Source of the DNA: Candidatus Latescibacterota bacterium
Lineage (GTDB): Bacteria > Latescibacterota > UBA2968
Direction: 5' to 3'
Assembly: GCA_965204745.1 (NCBI GenBank)
Contig: OZ242010.1
Location: 1,024,001-1,088,000 of the forward strand
DNA length: 64,000 nucleotides
The first letter of the stretch is position 1, and every line of letters begins with the position of its first letter. Positions 39,377-49,477 of the stretch are shown here, piece by piece. The translations under genes and the position numbers were made by a program. The notes below the pieces were generated by a model. It ran no database searches. It saw only the letters and a program-made list of their open reading frames with translations, and was not told where the DNA came from.

Positions 39377-40783
39377 ATGGATCAATTTATCGACGCGACG
39401 ATGAAGCCCATCGCCAATTTTGTGTCGGCGTTTATCTTTGCCAGCGTCCCTGTATTCGGCACGGAGGTGCCGCTCATCGTCTTTTGGCTGGTCGCGGGTG
39501 GGGTGTTCTTCACCGGCTATTCGCGCTTTATCAATGTCCGCGGCTTTGCCCAAGCGGTCCGCATCGTGTCGGGCCGGTACAAGGATCCAGATGATCCGGG
39601 GGAAATCTCGCAATTTCAGGCCCTCACCACTGCGGTGTCCGGCACTGTGGGCGTGGGCAACATCGCCAATGTCGCGGTGGCGATCTCGTTGGGCGGGCCG
39701 GGCGCGACGTTTTGGATGATCGTCGCGGGCCTGCTCGGCATGTCCACCAAATTTGCCGAATGCACGCTCGGCGTGCGCTACCGCAGGGACAACCCGGATG
39801 GATCGGTCTCCGGCGGGCCGATGTACTACTTGGAACGCGGGTTGGCGGACCTGCACTGCCCAAGGCTCGGCAAAGGGCTTGGGATTTTCTACGCGGGGAG
39901 CATCGTCATCGGCTGCATTGGCATCGGCAACATGTTCCAGTCCAACCAAGCCACCGCGATCTTTCTCACCGTGGCAAACATCGGCTTCTTGTCCGACAAT
40001 GCGTGGCTGGTCGGCGTTGCGTTGGCAATTCTCGTGGGCGTGGTCATCGTCGGCGGGATCAAGTCTATCGCCAATACCACGTCGAAGTTGGTGCCGGCGA
40101 TGGCATTGCTCTACATCGCAATGGCACTGCTGGTCATCGGCCTCAACGCGGACCGCTTGCCCGGCGCACTGGTGGCGATTTGGAACGGCGCGTTCTCTCC
40201 CGAGGGCATAGCGGGCGGCGCGTTAGGCGTGCTCATCCACGGGTTTCGGCGCGCGGTGTTTTCCAACGAAGCCGGGCTGGGCAGCGCGGCTATCGCGCAT
40301 GCGACCGCACGCACGCCAAAGCCGGTAAGCGAGGGATTCGTGGCCTTGCTGGAGCCGTTTATCGACACCGTCGTGATCTGCACCATGACCGGGTTGGTCA
40401 TCGTGACCACCGTGTACGAACCCGCACTCGCCGGTAGCACCGTGAGCGGCATCGAACTGACCACGCGGGCGTTCGCCTCAACGCTCTCCTGGTCGCCCAT
40501 TCCCCTGGCCCTCGCGGCCTTGCTGTTCGCGTATTCCACCATGATCGCGTGGGCGTATTACGGCTTGAAGGCGTTCACCTATCTCGCAGGCGAGGGCCGC
40601 GCAGCGGACTTGGGCTTCAAGGTCTTTTTTTGCGCGTTCGTGGTGATCGGCTCCAGCGTCAACCTCGGCGCGCTGATCGACCTGTCAGACGCGCTGATCT
40701 TCACAGTCGCCATCCCCAACCTGCTGGGCCTGTACTTCCTCGCACCCGTCGTAAAACGCGAACTCGACAACTACGCGCCCTAA
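39377..40783 (+). CDS. Alanine/glycine:cation symporter (AGCS family)
   Basis: ISQFQAL, GTVGVGNI, GGPGATFWM, GGPMYY, FSNEAGLGSA. Confidence 0.93.
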   Translation: MDQFIDATMKPIANFVSAFIFASVPVFGTEVPLIVFWLVAGGVFFTGYSRFINVRGFAQAVRIVSGRYKDPDDPGEISQFQALTTAVSGTVGVGNIANVAVAISLGGPGATFWMIVAGLLGMSTKFAECTLGVRYRRDNPDGSVSGGPMYYLERGLADLHCPRLGKGLGIFYAGSIVIGCIGIGNMFQSNQATAIFLTVANIGFLSDNAWLVGVALAILVGVVIVGGIKSIANTTSKLVPAMALLYIAMALLVIGLNADRLPGALVAIWNGAFSPEGIAGGALGVLIHGFRRAVFSNEAGLGSAAIAHATARTPKPVSEGFVALLEPFIDTVVICTMTGLVIVTTVYEPALAGSTVSGIELTTRAFASTLSWSPIPLALAALLFAYSTMIAWAYYGLKAFTYLAGEGRAADLGFKVFFCAFVVIGSSVNLGALIDLSDALIFTVAIPNLLGLYFLAPVVKRELDNYAP

Positions 40784-40810
40784 ACCTGGTCGCTGGAGGG
40801 GCAAAAAATC

Positions 40811-42309
40811 ATGGGCAATCGGGCTTCACTTTTCGTCGATGGCGGGCTTTCGCCCCAGTTGATCGCGGACTTGCGGCGGCTGAATCCTTGGTGGGAGGGC
40901 GATCCCATGCCCCTGCAACCGAAGACGCGCCGCCACTTGGTCGCACAGATGCGCCGCCGGTTGGACGCGGAGATCGCGCCGATAGTCGCAGTGCGAGGGC
41001 CACGGCAGGTAGGAAAGACGACCGCGCAGTTTCAAATCATTGCGGATTTGCTCGACGAAGGCGTGCCTTCGATGAACATCCTCCGGGTTCAATGCGATGA
41101 ATTGCCCTTGCTTCAAAAAATGGAGGAACCCATTCTCGCCATCTCCGACTGGTTCGAGCAACAGATCGCAAAAAAGCACTTCAACGCACTGGCGCGGGAC
41201 GGACAGAAGGCATATCTCTTTTTTGACGAGGTGCAGAATCTCCAGAACTGGGCAGCGCAACTCAAGTTTCTCGTGGACAATGCCTCGGTCAAGGTCATCG
41301 TCACGGGAAGTTCCGCGTTGCGAATGGGGCGGGACAGCTTGGCCGGGCGCGTCAGCACGGTTGAAGCCGGGGTGCTTTCACTGACCGAAATCGGCGCGTT
41401 GCGCGAGCTGGACGCGCCAAAGCCATTTCTGCCGGACAACGGCCTGAGTTTTCTGATCGACAAGGATTTTTGGCGGGAACTGCGTGCTTATGGGCAGGAG
41501 AATGCGGGATTTGTGCGAGAAGCGTTTCGGCATTTTTCAGATCGAGGCGGGTACCCGATTGTTCACAAACAGCGAGATGTCGAATGGGCTTTGCTCGCGG
41601 ATCAGTTGAACGAAACCGTGATCAAGCGCGTTATCCAACACGACTTGCGCGTGGGCAGTCGCGGGCGTAAACGAGATGCCCAACTGCTCGAAGAACTTTT
41701 CCGCTTGGCGTGTCGCTACGCCGGGCAGACGCCAAGGGTTTCAACGCTCGCAGACGAGGTGCGCCAGGCCCTCGGCGCGAATATCGGCAGCCAGCGCGTG
41801 ACGCATTATTTGAAATTTCTCAGCGAGACGCTTTTGCTCCGCCTGATTCCGCCGCTCGAGATCCGGCTGAAAAGAAAGCGCGGGAGTGCCAAGCTCTGTC
41901 TGGTCGATCACGGCTTGCGCGCCAGTTGGCTACAAGAGCAAATTCCCTTAACAGCCGAAGCACTCGCAAAACGCCCGGAACTCACCCCTTGGCCGGGCAC
42001 CTCGCGGAGAGCATTTTCGGCTCGGTCGCCTCGACCATTCACGGCTTGGACATCGCCCACTTTCCCGGACGCGGAATGGATCGCGAAGTGGATTTTGTTT
42101 TGACCGTTGGGGCGCGACGCTTGCCGGTGGAAATCAAATATCAGCGCAGAATAGACCCCCTTCGGGATACGCTGGGCATTCGGTCATTTCTCGAAAAATC
42201 AGTGAACAACGCCGCTTTTGGCTTGTTGATCGCGCAGGACAATGCCGGGGAGGTAGATGACCCGCGCATCGTGAGCCTGCCGCTTTCAACCTTCATGCTT
42301 CTCAGATGA
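40811..42309 (+). pseudogene. AAA-ATPase with DUF4143-like C-terminus, frameshifted near 41985
   Basis: GPRQVGKT, FDEVQ, TGSS in the first frame; GHLAES...REVDFV...PVEIKY continues in another frame. Confidence 0.75.
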
Positions 42310-42380
42310 GATATAAGAGGGAAGACAGAAGAGGGGAGAGGCAAGAGGCAAGAGGCAAGAGGGGAGACAGCCACCGCTCC

Positions 42381-42426
42381 AAAAAGTAAAGCCCGAGTTC
42401 ACTGTGAACCCGGGCTTTACTTTTTT
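42381..42426. terminator. Intrinsic terminator of surface-protein locus A
   Basis: AAAAAGTAAAGCCCGAGTTC...GAACCCGGGCTTTACTTTTTT hairpin. Confidence 0.85.
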
Positions 42427-42438
42427 GTCTTTCGTCGT

Positions 42439-42633
42439 TCAGCCTGTCGAGCCAAAGTCGGCGACGAAGATGAGGAAATCGGAGAATCCAATCTCGCCAT
42501 CGCCATCGCACCGGGGGTCATATCGCTCCTGGCCGAGCCGCGAGCCGAACTTATCCGCAAAGGTCAAGAAGTCGGCGAAATTCACATCGCCATCGCCATC
42601 GCTGTCTGTGGCGGTCAGAGAACAGGCTTTCAT
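42439..42633 (-). CDS. Stand-alone EF-hand/dockerin-like module (copy A)
   Basis: DSDGDGDVNFADFLTFADKFG...DGDGEIGFSDFLIFVADFG; ATGA overlap; conserved at 60744. Confidence 0.55.
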   Translation of the reverse strand: MKACSLTATDSDGDGDVNFADFLTFADKFGSRLGQERYDPRCDGDGEIGFSDFLIFVADFGSTG

Positions 42634-45600
42634 TGGAAGTGGGAGTCGGGATAGAGGCTTCGGATGTAGGGTTCAATGGCTTGAGCGGTCGTGCGCGTAG
42701 CATTTTGCTCGATGACGTTCCCTCTGAGGAGGGCCTCGTTCCGGAAGAAGAGGACATATCGAATGACCAGGATTATATCCGAGAACAGCCTCACATCGCC
42801 ATCGCCATCGCCATCCACATCGAGAACGTTCTGATTGACCAACGTGTCGAGGTAGGGTTCAATTTCTTGAGCGGTCGTGCGCGTGGCAGTTTGCTCGATG
42901 ACGTTCCCTCTGAGGAGGGCCTCGTTCCGGAAGAAGAGGACGTATCGAATGACCAGGATTATATCCGAGAACAATCTCACCCGGCCATCGCCATCCACAT
43001 CCAAGTTGGCACTCGGGGTTTCGTCATCGATAATCGTCCCTGTGCCTTGCGCCGTGCTTATGGTCGCATTGGTCGCACTGCTCAACTCGACGATCACGGT
43101 CTCGTTCTGCTCATCATCCGAGTCGTCGGTCACAGAAACAGCGATAGTCTGGATGGTATCGGTCGCCGCGAAGGTCAGGGTCCCTGCGGTGAGCGCGGTG
43201 TAATCGGTCCCCGAAGTCGCGCTGCCCGTGCCCGCGTCTGCATACGCCACTGTCACCTGTGCCGTGTGCGCCGGGCGTAGGTACACCCGAAAGGTCAGGG
43301 TCGCGCCGGTCGCGCCTTCAATCACGCTTGGCGAACCGATACTCAGCGCAGGCATGCCATCGTCATCGATAATCGTCCCTGTGCCTTGCGCCGTGCCTAT
43401 GGTCGCATTGGTCGCACTGCTCAGCGTCACGATCACGGTCTCGTTCGGCTCATCATCCGTGTCGCCGGTCACAGAAACAGCGATGGTCTGGCTGGTCGTG
43501 GTCGTGCCCGCCGCGAAGGTCAGGGTCCCTGCGGTGAGCGCGGTGTAGTCCGTCCCCGAAGTCGCGGTGCCCGTGCCCGCGTCTGCATACGCCACCGTCA
43601 CCTCCTTGCCGCTCGCCGCATTCAATCTAACGGTGAACGTCAGGGCAGTGCCCTCAACCGCACTCGGCGAACTAATCGAGAACCTCGGTTGCGGGTCATC
43701 ATCGGTGATCGTTATCTCGGTCGGGAGGACCACACTGCCCTGGGCGTTGTCTGCCACAACGGTCACGGTCACGTCGCGATTAAGCTCGTCTTGGGTATTG
43801 TCCACCGCTGTGATGATCACCGTGTCCGACGCGTTCGCCGTGTTCCCGGACGCGATGGTGATCGTCGAATCCGCCGGCACCGTGTAAGCACCCGCCACCG
43901 GGCGCACCGTGATCGTCGTCGCCGCGCTCGATGGACGCGACAGGGTCGCGCTCACCGTTGAAACCTCGCCGTTTTCCGAGATGGACGAGGGCATCAGCAC
44001 CAGCGTCACGTCCGGCGCGGCGTCATCGTCCTCCAGCGTCAATGCCGCCCCGGTCACACTACCCACGCCTTGGGCGTTGCCCGCCACAACGGTCACGGTC
44101 ACGTCGCGATTAGGCGCGTCTTGGGTATTGTCCACCGCTGTGATGACCACCGTGTCCGTCGCGTTCGCGGTTTGCCCGGCTGCGATGGTGATCGTCGAAT
44201 CCGACCCCACGGTATAAGCATCCGCCACCGGGCGCACCGTGATCGTTGTCGCCGCGCTCGACGGACGCGATAGCGACGCCGTGATCGTCGAAACCGCGCC
44301 GTTCTCCGAAATCGTTGCGGGCATCAGCGTCAGTGTCACGTCCGGCGCGGCGTCATCGTCTGTGATCGTCAAAGCCCCGGTCACACTACCCGCGCCTTGG
44401 GCGTTGCTCATCACACCGGACACGGTCACGTTGCGATTAGGCGCGTCTTGGGGATTGTTCACCGCTGTGATGACCACCGTGTCCGTCGCGTTCGCCGTGC
44501 TCCCGGCCGCGATGGTGATCGTCGAATCCGAACCCACCGAGTAAGCATCAGGCACCGGGCGCACTGTGATCGTCGTTGCCGCGCTCGATGAATGCGACAG
44601 CGTCGCCGTGATCGTCGAAACCGCGCCGTTCTCCGAAATCGACGACGGTGACGCCGCCAACGTCGCTGTCGGTGCAGGCTCGTCGTCCTCCAGCGTCAAA
44701 GTTGCCCCGGTCACACTGCCCACGCCTTGGGCGTTGCCCGCCACAAAGGTCACGGTCACGTCGCGATTAGGCGCGTCTTGGGTATTGTTCACCGCTGTGA
44801 TGACCACCGTATCCGACGCGTTCGCGGTTTGCCCGGCCGGTATGGTGATCGTCGAATCCGCCGGCACCGTGTAAGCACCCGCCACCGGGCGCACCGTGAT
44901 CGTCGTGATCGCGCTCGACGGGTGTACCAGCGTCGCGGTCACGGTGCTCATCCCACCGCTTTCCGAGATCGACGAGGGCGTCAGTGCCAACGTCACTCTC
45001 GCGGGTTGAAGCTGAAATTGCACGGTGGTGTCCATGCCTGCATACTTCAAGACCGGATACTGATCCATCGCGCCAAAGGTCCACGGATCGTCGTTGCCGG
45101 CTTGTCCGTCGAGGTTGGCGTTCCAGCCGTAGTAAGTGTCGTTGGTGGTGGCACCGTAGGTGGTCGGACTTTGGAGTTGGGCGGTGGTTCTGCCTGTGCC
45201 GGCGGCGCTGGAGGGCCGATTGCTGGTTGAGGTGTTCCAGTAGCTGTTGGCAACGGTGATATTGCTACGGCCTATTAGCCCGCCGACGCGGGTTGCGGTT
45301 GTCCCGCTGACGTTGCCGATGGAGTATGAGTTTCTAATAGCACCATTGTTAGCACCACGCCCCACAAGCCCTCCGAGGTCTCTGTTCCCGCTGACGGAAG
45401 CGGTGGAGTAGCTAGAGTGGATAAGTGATGCGGAGAGAATGCCCGTGAAGCCTACTAACCCGCCAACAAATTGGCCGCCACTTACCGAGCCGGTGGTGTA
45501 ACAGGCGACGACTTTGCCGTAATTGGTGCCTACTAGAATGCCTGTTTGGTCGCCTCCCGTGACATTGGCGTTGGTTACGCCGAGGGTTTCGATGCGGGAG

Positions 45601-46082
45601 GTACTGTGAATAGCACCGAACAGCCCTTGTCGGCCACTGCGGTTGATGAACAGGTTGTTGATCGTGTAGCCGTTGCCTTTGAAATTGCCTTGGTATCTGT
45701 TTGATTCAGTGCCGATGGGCATCCAGCCTGCGCCGCTGTTCCAGTAGGTGGCGTCTGCTGAGGTGATTCGGCCGTCGCTGTTCTCGTCAAAGTTTAGGCT
45801 CGCCGTTAGTTCGTAGCCGGTGCAGGTAGAGGCGCAACCCATGCCAGTGGCTCGGTTGGGGAATGCGGCGTTGTAGGCAGTCGTATCGGTGGATGTGGCA
45901 CTTGCGTCTATGGCACCATCGCCGTTAACGTCCCAGCGAATGGCGTTGAGCTGGGCGAGGTTGGCGACATCAATGTAGTTGTCGTTGTCGTTGTCGTAGT
46001 CGGTTTGGGCAAACGCCGGCCCCGATGCCATCAGCATGCCCAGCGCGACCAGGGCCAACAAGTGAGCGGATCGGGAGGTCAT
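42630..46082 (-). CDS. Large secreted modular surface protein A: signal peptide, 1 GLUG-like module, 4 Ig/cadherin-like repeats, 2 Calx-beta, 2 dockerin-like repeats
   Basis: AFA-Q signal site, VGGLVG repeats, ~110-aa PSSISE...DDD repeats, GTATSGTDY/EPNET/GTIIDDD; GGAGGAG RBS. Confidence 0.85.
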   Translation of the reverse strand: MTSRSAHLLALVALGMLMASGPAFAQTDYDNDNDNYIDVANLAQLNAIRWDVNGDGAIDASATSTDTTAYNAAFPNRATGMGCASTCTGYELTASLNFDENSDGRITSADATYWNSGAGWMPIGTESNRYQGNFKGNGYTINNLFINRSGRQGLFGAIHSTSRIETLGVTNANVTGGDQTGILVGTNYGKVVACYTTGSVSGGQFVGGLVGFTGILSASLIHSSYSTASVSGNRDLGGLVGRGANNGAIRNSYSIGNVSGTTATRVGGLIGRSNITVANSYWNTSTSNRPSSAAGTGRTTAQLQSPTTYGATTNDTYYGWNANLDGQAGNDDPWTFGAMDQYPVLKYAGMDTTVQFQLQPARVTLALTPSSISESGGMSTVTATLVHPSSAITTITVRPVAGAYTVPADSTITIPAGQTANASDTVVITAVNNTQDAPNRDVTVTFVAGNAQGVGSVTGATLTLEDDEPAPTATLAASPSSISENGAVSTITATLSHSSSAATTITVRPVPDAYSVGSDSTITIAAGSTANATDTVVITAVNNPQDAPNRNVTVSGVMSNAQGAGSVTGALTITDDDAAPDVTLTLMPATISENGAVSTITASLSRPSSAATTITVRPVADAYTVGSDSTITIAAGQTANATDTVVITAVDNTQDAPNRDVTVTVVAGNAQGVGSVTGAALTLEDDDAAPDVTLVLMPSSISENGEVSTVSATLSRPSSAATTITVRPVAGAYTVPADSTITIASGNTANASDTVIITAVDNTQDELNRDVTVTVVADNAQGSVVLPTEITITDDDPQPRFSISSPSAVEGTALTFTVRLNAASGKEVTVAYADAGTGTATSGTDYTALTAGTLTFAAGTTTTSQTIAVSVTGDTDDEPNETVIVTLSSATNATIGTAQGTGTIIDDDGMPALSIGSPSVIEGATGATLTFRVYLRPAHTAQVTVAYADAGTGSATSGTDYTALTAGTLTFAATDTIQTIAVSVTDDSDDEQNETVIVELSSATNATISTAQGTGTIIDDETPSANLDVDGDGRVRLFSDIILVIRYVLFFRNEALLRGNVIEQTATRTTAQEIEPYLDTLVNQNVLDVDGDGDGDVRLFSDIILVIRYVLFFRNEALLRGNVIEQNATRTTAQAIEPYIRSLYPDSHFQ

Positions 46083-46099
46083 TTTGTCGCTCCTCCCGA

Positions 46100-46119
46100 G
46101 GGGGGGGGGGGGGGGGGGG
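46100..46119 (-). repeat. C20 homopolymer (coding strand) just upstream of the RBS of protein A
   Basis: 20 consecutive G on the + strand; the paralog has only TTCCC. Confidence 0.9.
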
Positions 46120-46353
46120 AGGTACACTGTACTGATCATCCTAACAGATTGTTTTGCAATGAAATAGAACCACACGCCAAGACGAGAATCGGCGACATGA
46201 ACCCCTCTTTTCTCAGGAGAACGGTGGCCTCCAAACAGGTTTGAACAACGTTGAAAAATGGCGGTCAACATACAAAACCTCCTGAAAAAATATAACGAGT
46301 TGTGCAGGCATGGCTTTTGCCTGCGGGAAAATAAATAACGATGGTGGAGGACA

Positions 46354-46383
46354 AGTTTAAGGTACCACGCCGTTGCTTGTCAA
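46354..46383 (-). promoter_or_regulatory. Sigma70-like promoter of locus A
   Basis: TTGACA-18 bp-TAAACT; conserved at the paralog. Confidence 0.6.
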
Positions 46384-46392
46384 GGGAATTTT

Positions 46393-46622
46393 GGACCTAC
46401 CCCCCTAGCCCCCCTTCCTGCGAGGAAGGGGGGAACTGTGAGTGGTTTTGCGAGGGGAATGGCGAGAGGTTTTTTTGGGTTCATGGCATTATCCATTCGC
46501 GCAAAGCCATCAAAGCAGCTAGGGATACAAACCTTCAAGAAAGCCATGTGCTCCCCCTTTCCTCGTAGGCACAGGCGTAGCTTACAATGAGCGAAGCGAA
46601 TAACGGGGGCCGGGGGGATAGG
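46393..46622. mobile_element. GC-hairpin MITE-like element (copies 11078-11264, 55780-55981, 61007-61262; halves at ~20488, ~24255, ~52030)
   Basis: CCTA(C/T)CCCCC..GCCCCC terminal inverted hairpins around a conserved ~110-bp core. Confidence 0.75.
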
Positions 46623-46720
46623 GCTATGGCGGTAGGGTGGTGTGGGGTAATCCGCGCAATCCTCTAATCCGTTTAATCCGTGATTCAGACACGGTTGGGT
46701 GGCGAGGTGAGGCCGCACGG

Positions 46721-46881
46721 TCAGATTTGGCTATTCAAACGGCGTTGATGCTACGCTTGGTCTATGCCTTGCCCCTGCGTCAAACCGAGGGGTTTCTCAC
46801 GTCCATCCTGGCGTTGATGGGGGTGGATTTGCGCGTGCCCGATCACACGACCCTCTGCGACAACATTTATGCAACAACGCC
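46721..46881 (+). mobile_element. IS903-group remnant with one inverted repeat
   Basis: SDLAIQTALMLRLVYALPLRQTEGF...PDHTTL then ATTTATGCAACAACGCC. Confidence 0.8.
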
Positions 46882-46940
46882 ACTGATAACTGACAACTGA
46901 CTACTTGGGGTTGGGTCTTAGGGGCCGGGCGGCCTATACC

Positions 46941-47027
46941 TCGCCTCTCGCCTCTCGCCTCTTGCCTCTTGCCTCTTGCCTCTTGCCTCTTGCCTCTTGC
47001 CTCTTGCCTCTCGCCTCTCACCTCTCA
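46941..47027. repeat. (TTGCCTC)n heptamer array
   Basis: About 12 units read directly; related arrays at 42331-42362 and 55753-55780. Confidence 0.92.
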
Positions 47028-47034
47028 CCGGGTC

Positions 47035-48846
47035 TTAGGGGCCAGGCGGCGGCAAATACTTCAAAAACCACGCCAGCGTCCGCCGCGCACTGTCGCGCCG
47101 GGTATTGGCATTGCGAAAGCCGTGCCCCTCGCCCGGATAGACCACCAGCCCCACCGGCACGCCCAACGCCTCCAATACGCGGTACGTGACTTTGGATTCC
47201 GACAGGGGACAGATTGGATCGCGGTCCCCGTGTAGCAACAAAAGCGGTGCGCGAATCGCGCCCAAGTGCGGAAACACATCGCTGATGCGCGTGCGTTCTG
47301 TAATCGGCCATGAGATCGGTTGCAGGTATTCGGTCTCATAGGTAAAATCGCCCGTCTCGAGCGTCATGCGGCGGATGTCGATAAAGCCGTACAGCGCGAC
47401 CCCTGCGCGAAAGCGATCCGTTGTCGCCAGGGCCTGCAAGGTCAGATATCCTCCGTAAGACCCCCCGAAAATGCCCACCTGATTCGGCGTTGCAATGCCT
47501 TCATCGATCAAAAAATCCACGCCCGAAATGATGTCGTGGAGATCGGCCCGGCCTTGGCAACCGATATTGCCCCGCGCAAAATCGTCGCCAAATCCCAACG
47601 AGCCGCGAAATGCCGGGCGAAAAACCCGGTACCCGGCGCGGAGCAGGTGGCGATAGCGCGCCGCCTCACTCCGCACATTTTCCACGGGCGCGGCCGGGCC
47701 TCCGTGCGCGGAAACGAGCAGGGGCGCGGGCCTTGGCGTATCATCGGCTTCGTAGAGCACGCCTGCGATAGGCCAGGCATCTGGGGCTTTCCACGCGAGT
47801 TGCGACACGCGCAAGCCCTCGCAATTTTCCGGCTGGGGCAAGGGGATGCGGCGAGTCCCCGTCCAAATTGCGGGAAAACGCTCGCGGTCTTCGGTTTCAA
47901 AAACGGCCCGCCCATCGCGCATCCAAACGATGTCTGATACCGCGTCCAATTCGCCGACTGGGGCACCGTCTAAGTCCAGCACTTTTGTGTGGATTTCCAA
48001 GCCCTGCACAACGGACACCCACGCGGTTTTTTCCCGATGCCCCCAGCCGAATCGCGCCACGCATTGCCCGCCTTTGGTGAGGTTCGTCCGCTCGTTGCCA
48101 TCCCATGACGCCCACCACACGTCCGCGTGCGTAGTGATGGGATACTCGGCTTCATAATTGGCTTCGTAGAGATAGCCCGATCCGTCTGTTGCCATGGTTA
48201 TGCGACCCGCTTTGCCCGCGCCCTCGGTCAGGCGGCGCGCTTCGCCCGCGTCCAAATCGAAGCCGCAAAACTCTGCGCGTTGCGCTTCTTCGGGCACCAC
48301 ATTGAGGGGTTCGCGCCACGCGATTCTGCGGCCGTTCCGGCACATGCTCAACCCGTTGCATCCCGCTACCACTTGGGCGAGATCGCGCCATCCCTCGGTT
48401 GACGCATATCGACACAGGGTTATCTCGCCTCGCGGTGCCGGATAACAATAGGGCGCGTCCGGATCGACGCTCGGGCGTCTGTCCACCAACGCGACCACGA
48501 TCAGCCCTTGCGCGTGCCATCTGACATCGCAGGAAACCGCGCCCTTGGGCAGGTCGAGCAACCGCGCCTTGTCGCCCGCCAAATCGACCCGCCAAATCGC
48601 GCCTTCGGATTCGACCAACGCGCAGTGTTCATCCCCCGGTCTTATGCTAGCCACAGACTCGAATCCCTCTATCGGCGCGAGCGCGTCACTGTTTGCCGTC
48701 AACTTGAACAGCTGAGCTTGCGCCCGCCCACTCAATGCGACGAACACGACCTCGTCCCCCACGCGCACCATACCTTGAACGCGCCTGAGATCCAAATCCG
48801 GATCGGTCAGCCGATCCAAATGCGATGGCAACTTGACTTTATCCAT
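47035..48846 (-). CDS. S9 family peptidase (acylaminoacyl/dipeptidyl peptidase)
   Basis: HGGP, GGSYGG, HGDRD, YPGEGH catalytic motifs; propeller N-terminus. Confidence 0.9.
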   Translation of the reverse strand: MDKVKLPSHLDRLTDPDLDLRRVQGMVRVGDEVVFVALSGRAQAQLFKLTANSDALAPIEGFESVASIRPGDEHCALVESEGAIWRVDLAGDKARLLDLPKGAVSCDVRWHAQGLIVVALVDRRPSVDPDAPYCYPAPRGEITLCRYASTEGWRDLAQVVAGCNGLSMCRNGRRIAWREPLNVVPEEAQRAEFCGFDLDAGEARRLTEGAGKAGRITMATDGSGYLYEANYEAEYPITTHADVWWASWDGNERTNLTKGGQCVARFGWGHREKTAWVSVVQGLEIHTKVLDLDGAPVGELDAVSDIVWMRDGRAVFETEDRERFPAIWTGTRRIPLPQPENCEGLRVSQLAWKAPDAWPIAGVLYEADDTPRPAPLLVSAHGGPAAPVENVRSEAARYRHLLRAGYRVFRPAFRGSLGFGDDFARGNIGCQGRADLHDIISGVDFLIDEGIATPNQVGIFGGSYGGYLTLQALATTDRFRAGVALYGFIDIRRMTLETGDFTYETEYLQPISWPITERTRISDVFPHLGAIRAPLLLLHGDRDPICPLSESKVTYRVLEALGVPVGLVVYPGEGHGFRNANTRRDSARRTLAWFLKYLPPPGP

Positions 48847-48895
48847 AACGACGACCTTTTATTTTTCTACACGAAGGGACGACTGCGACAGCGGT

Positions 48896-49477
48896 TCAGT
48901 GGTTCTGTTCATTGCGAATTGAACACTTATTTTGTCTAGCCAAACTCCGTGCCCCATCGTAGAAATTTTGAAACGAATCTGATCCCGCAATCCATGCTTT
49001 CAATGATGCTCGTGCGACATAATCCCGGACACGCGCTTTTGCGTCCTGTTTCTGATCTCGGTTGGTCAACCCGAAACCCTGTTTGACAAAACGAGAAGGG
49101 TTATCACTTGGAATATCCTCCACACGACACTCGAATTCACGCGCGAGCGCGCCTCGGTCAATTGCCAGCCAGCATTCGATGTTTCGAGCCGCCACGCCAA
49201 ATAGGGTCAAATGCTCATAGTCTGTGGGAATTTTAGCTGATTCGCGCTTTTTGACATCCTGCCACTTGTTTGTGTCTGCATCTGTTAAAACAACCAAAAT
49301 ATCACACCCTTCGTATTTCAGAGCCCGTAATGATTTGGAAATCTCCCGTTTGAAAGATTCACCCGAAGTACCGCGAAACTTCCCCGGTGCCAATTCTGCA
49401 TCGGGGCACCAGCGTTGTGCCAATCCCCAAATAACGGCTTCATCAGCATCGCCCTGCACATAATACCCGATCTTCAT
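48896..49477 (-). CDS. DUF4276/TOPRIM-like protein coupled to the ATPase
   Basis: VQGDADE, TDAD, NIECWL; ATGA overlap with the ATPase. Confidence 0.5.
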   Translation of the reverse strand: MKIGYYVQGDADEAVIWGLAQRWCPDAELAPGKFRGTSGESFKREISKSLRALKYEGCDILVVLTDADTNKWQDVKKRESAKIPTDYEHLTLFGVAARNIECWLAIDRGALAREFECRVEDIPSDNPSRFVKQGFGLTNRDQKQDAKARVRDYVARASLKAWIAGSDSFQNFYDGARSLARQNKCSIRNEQNH

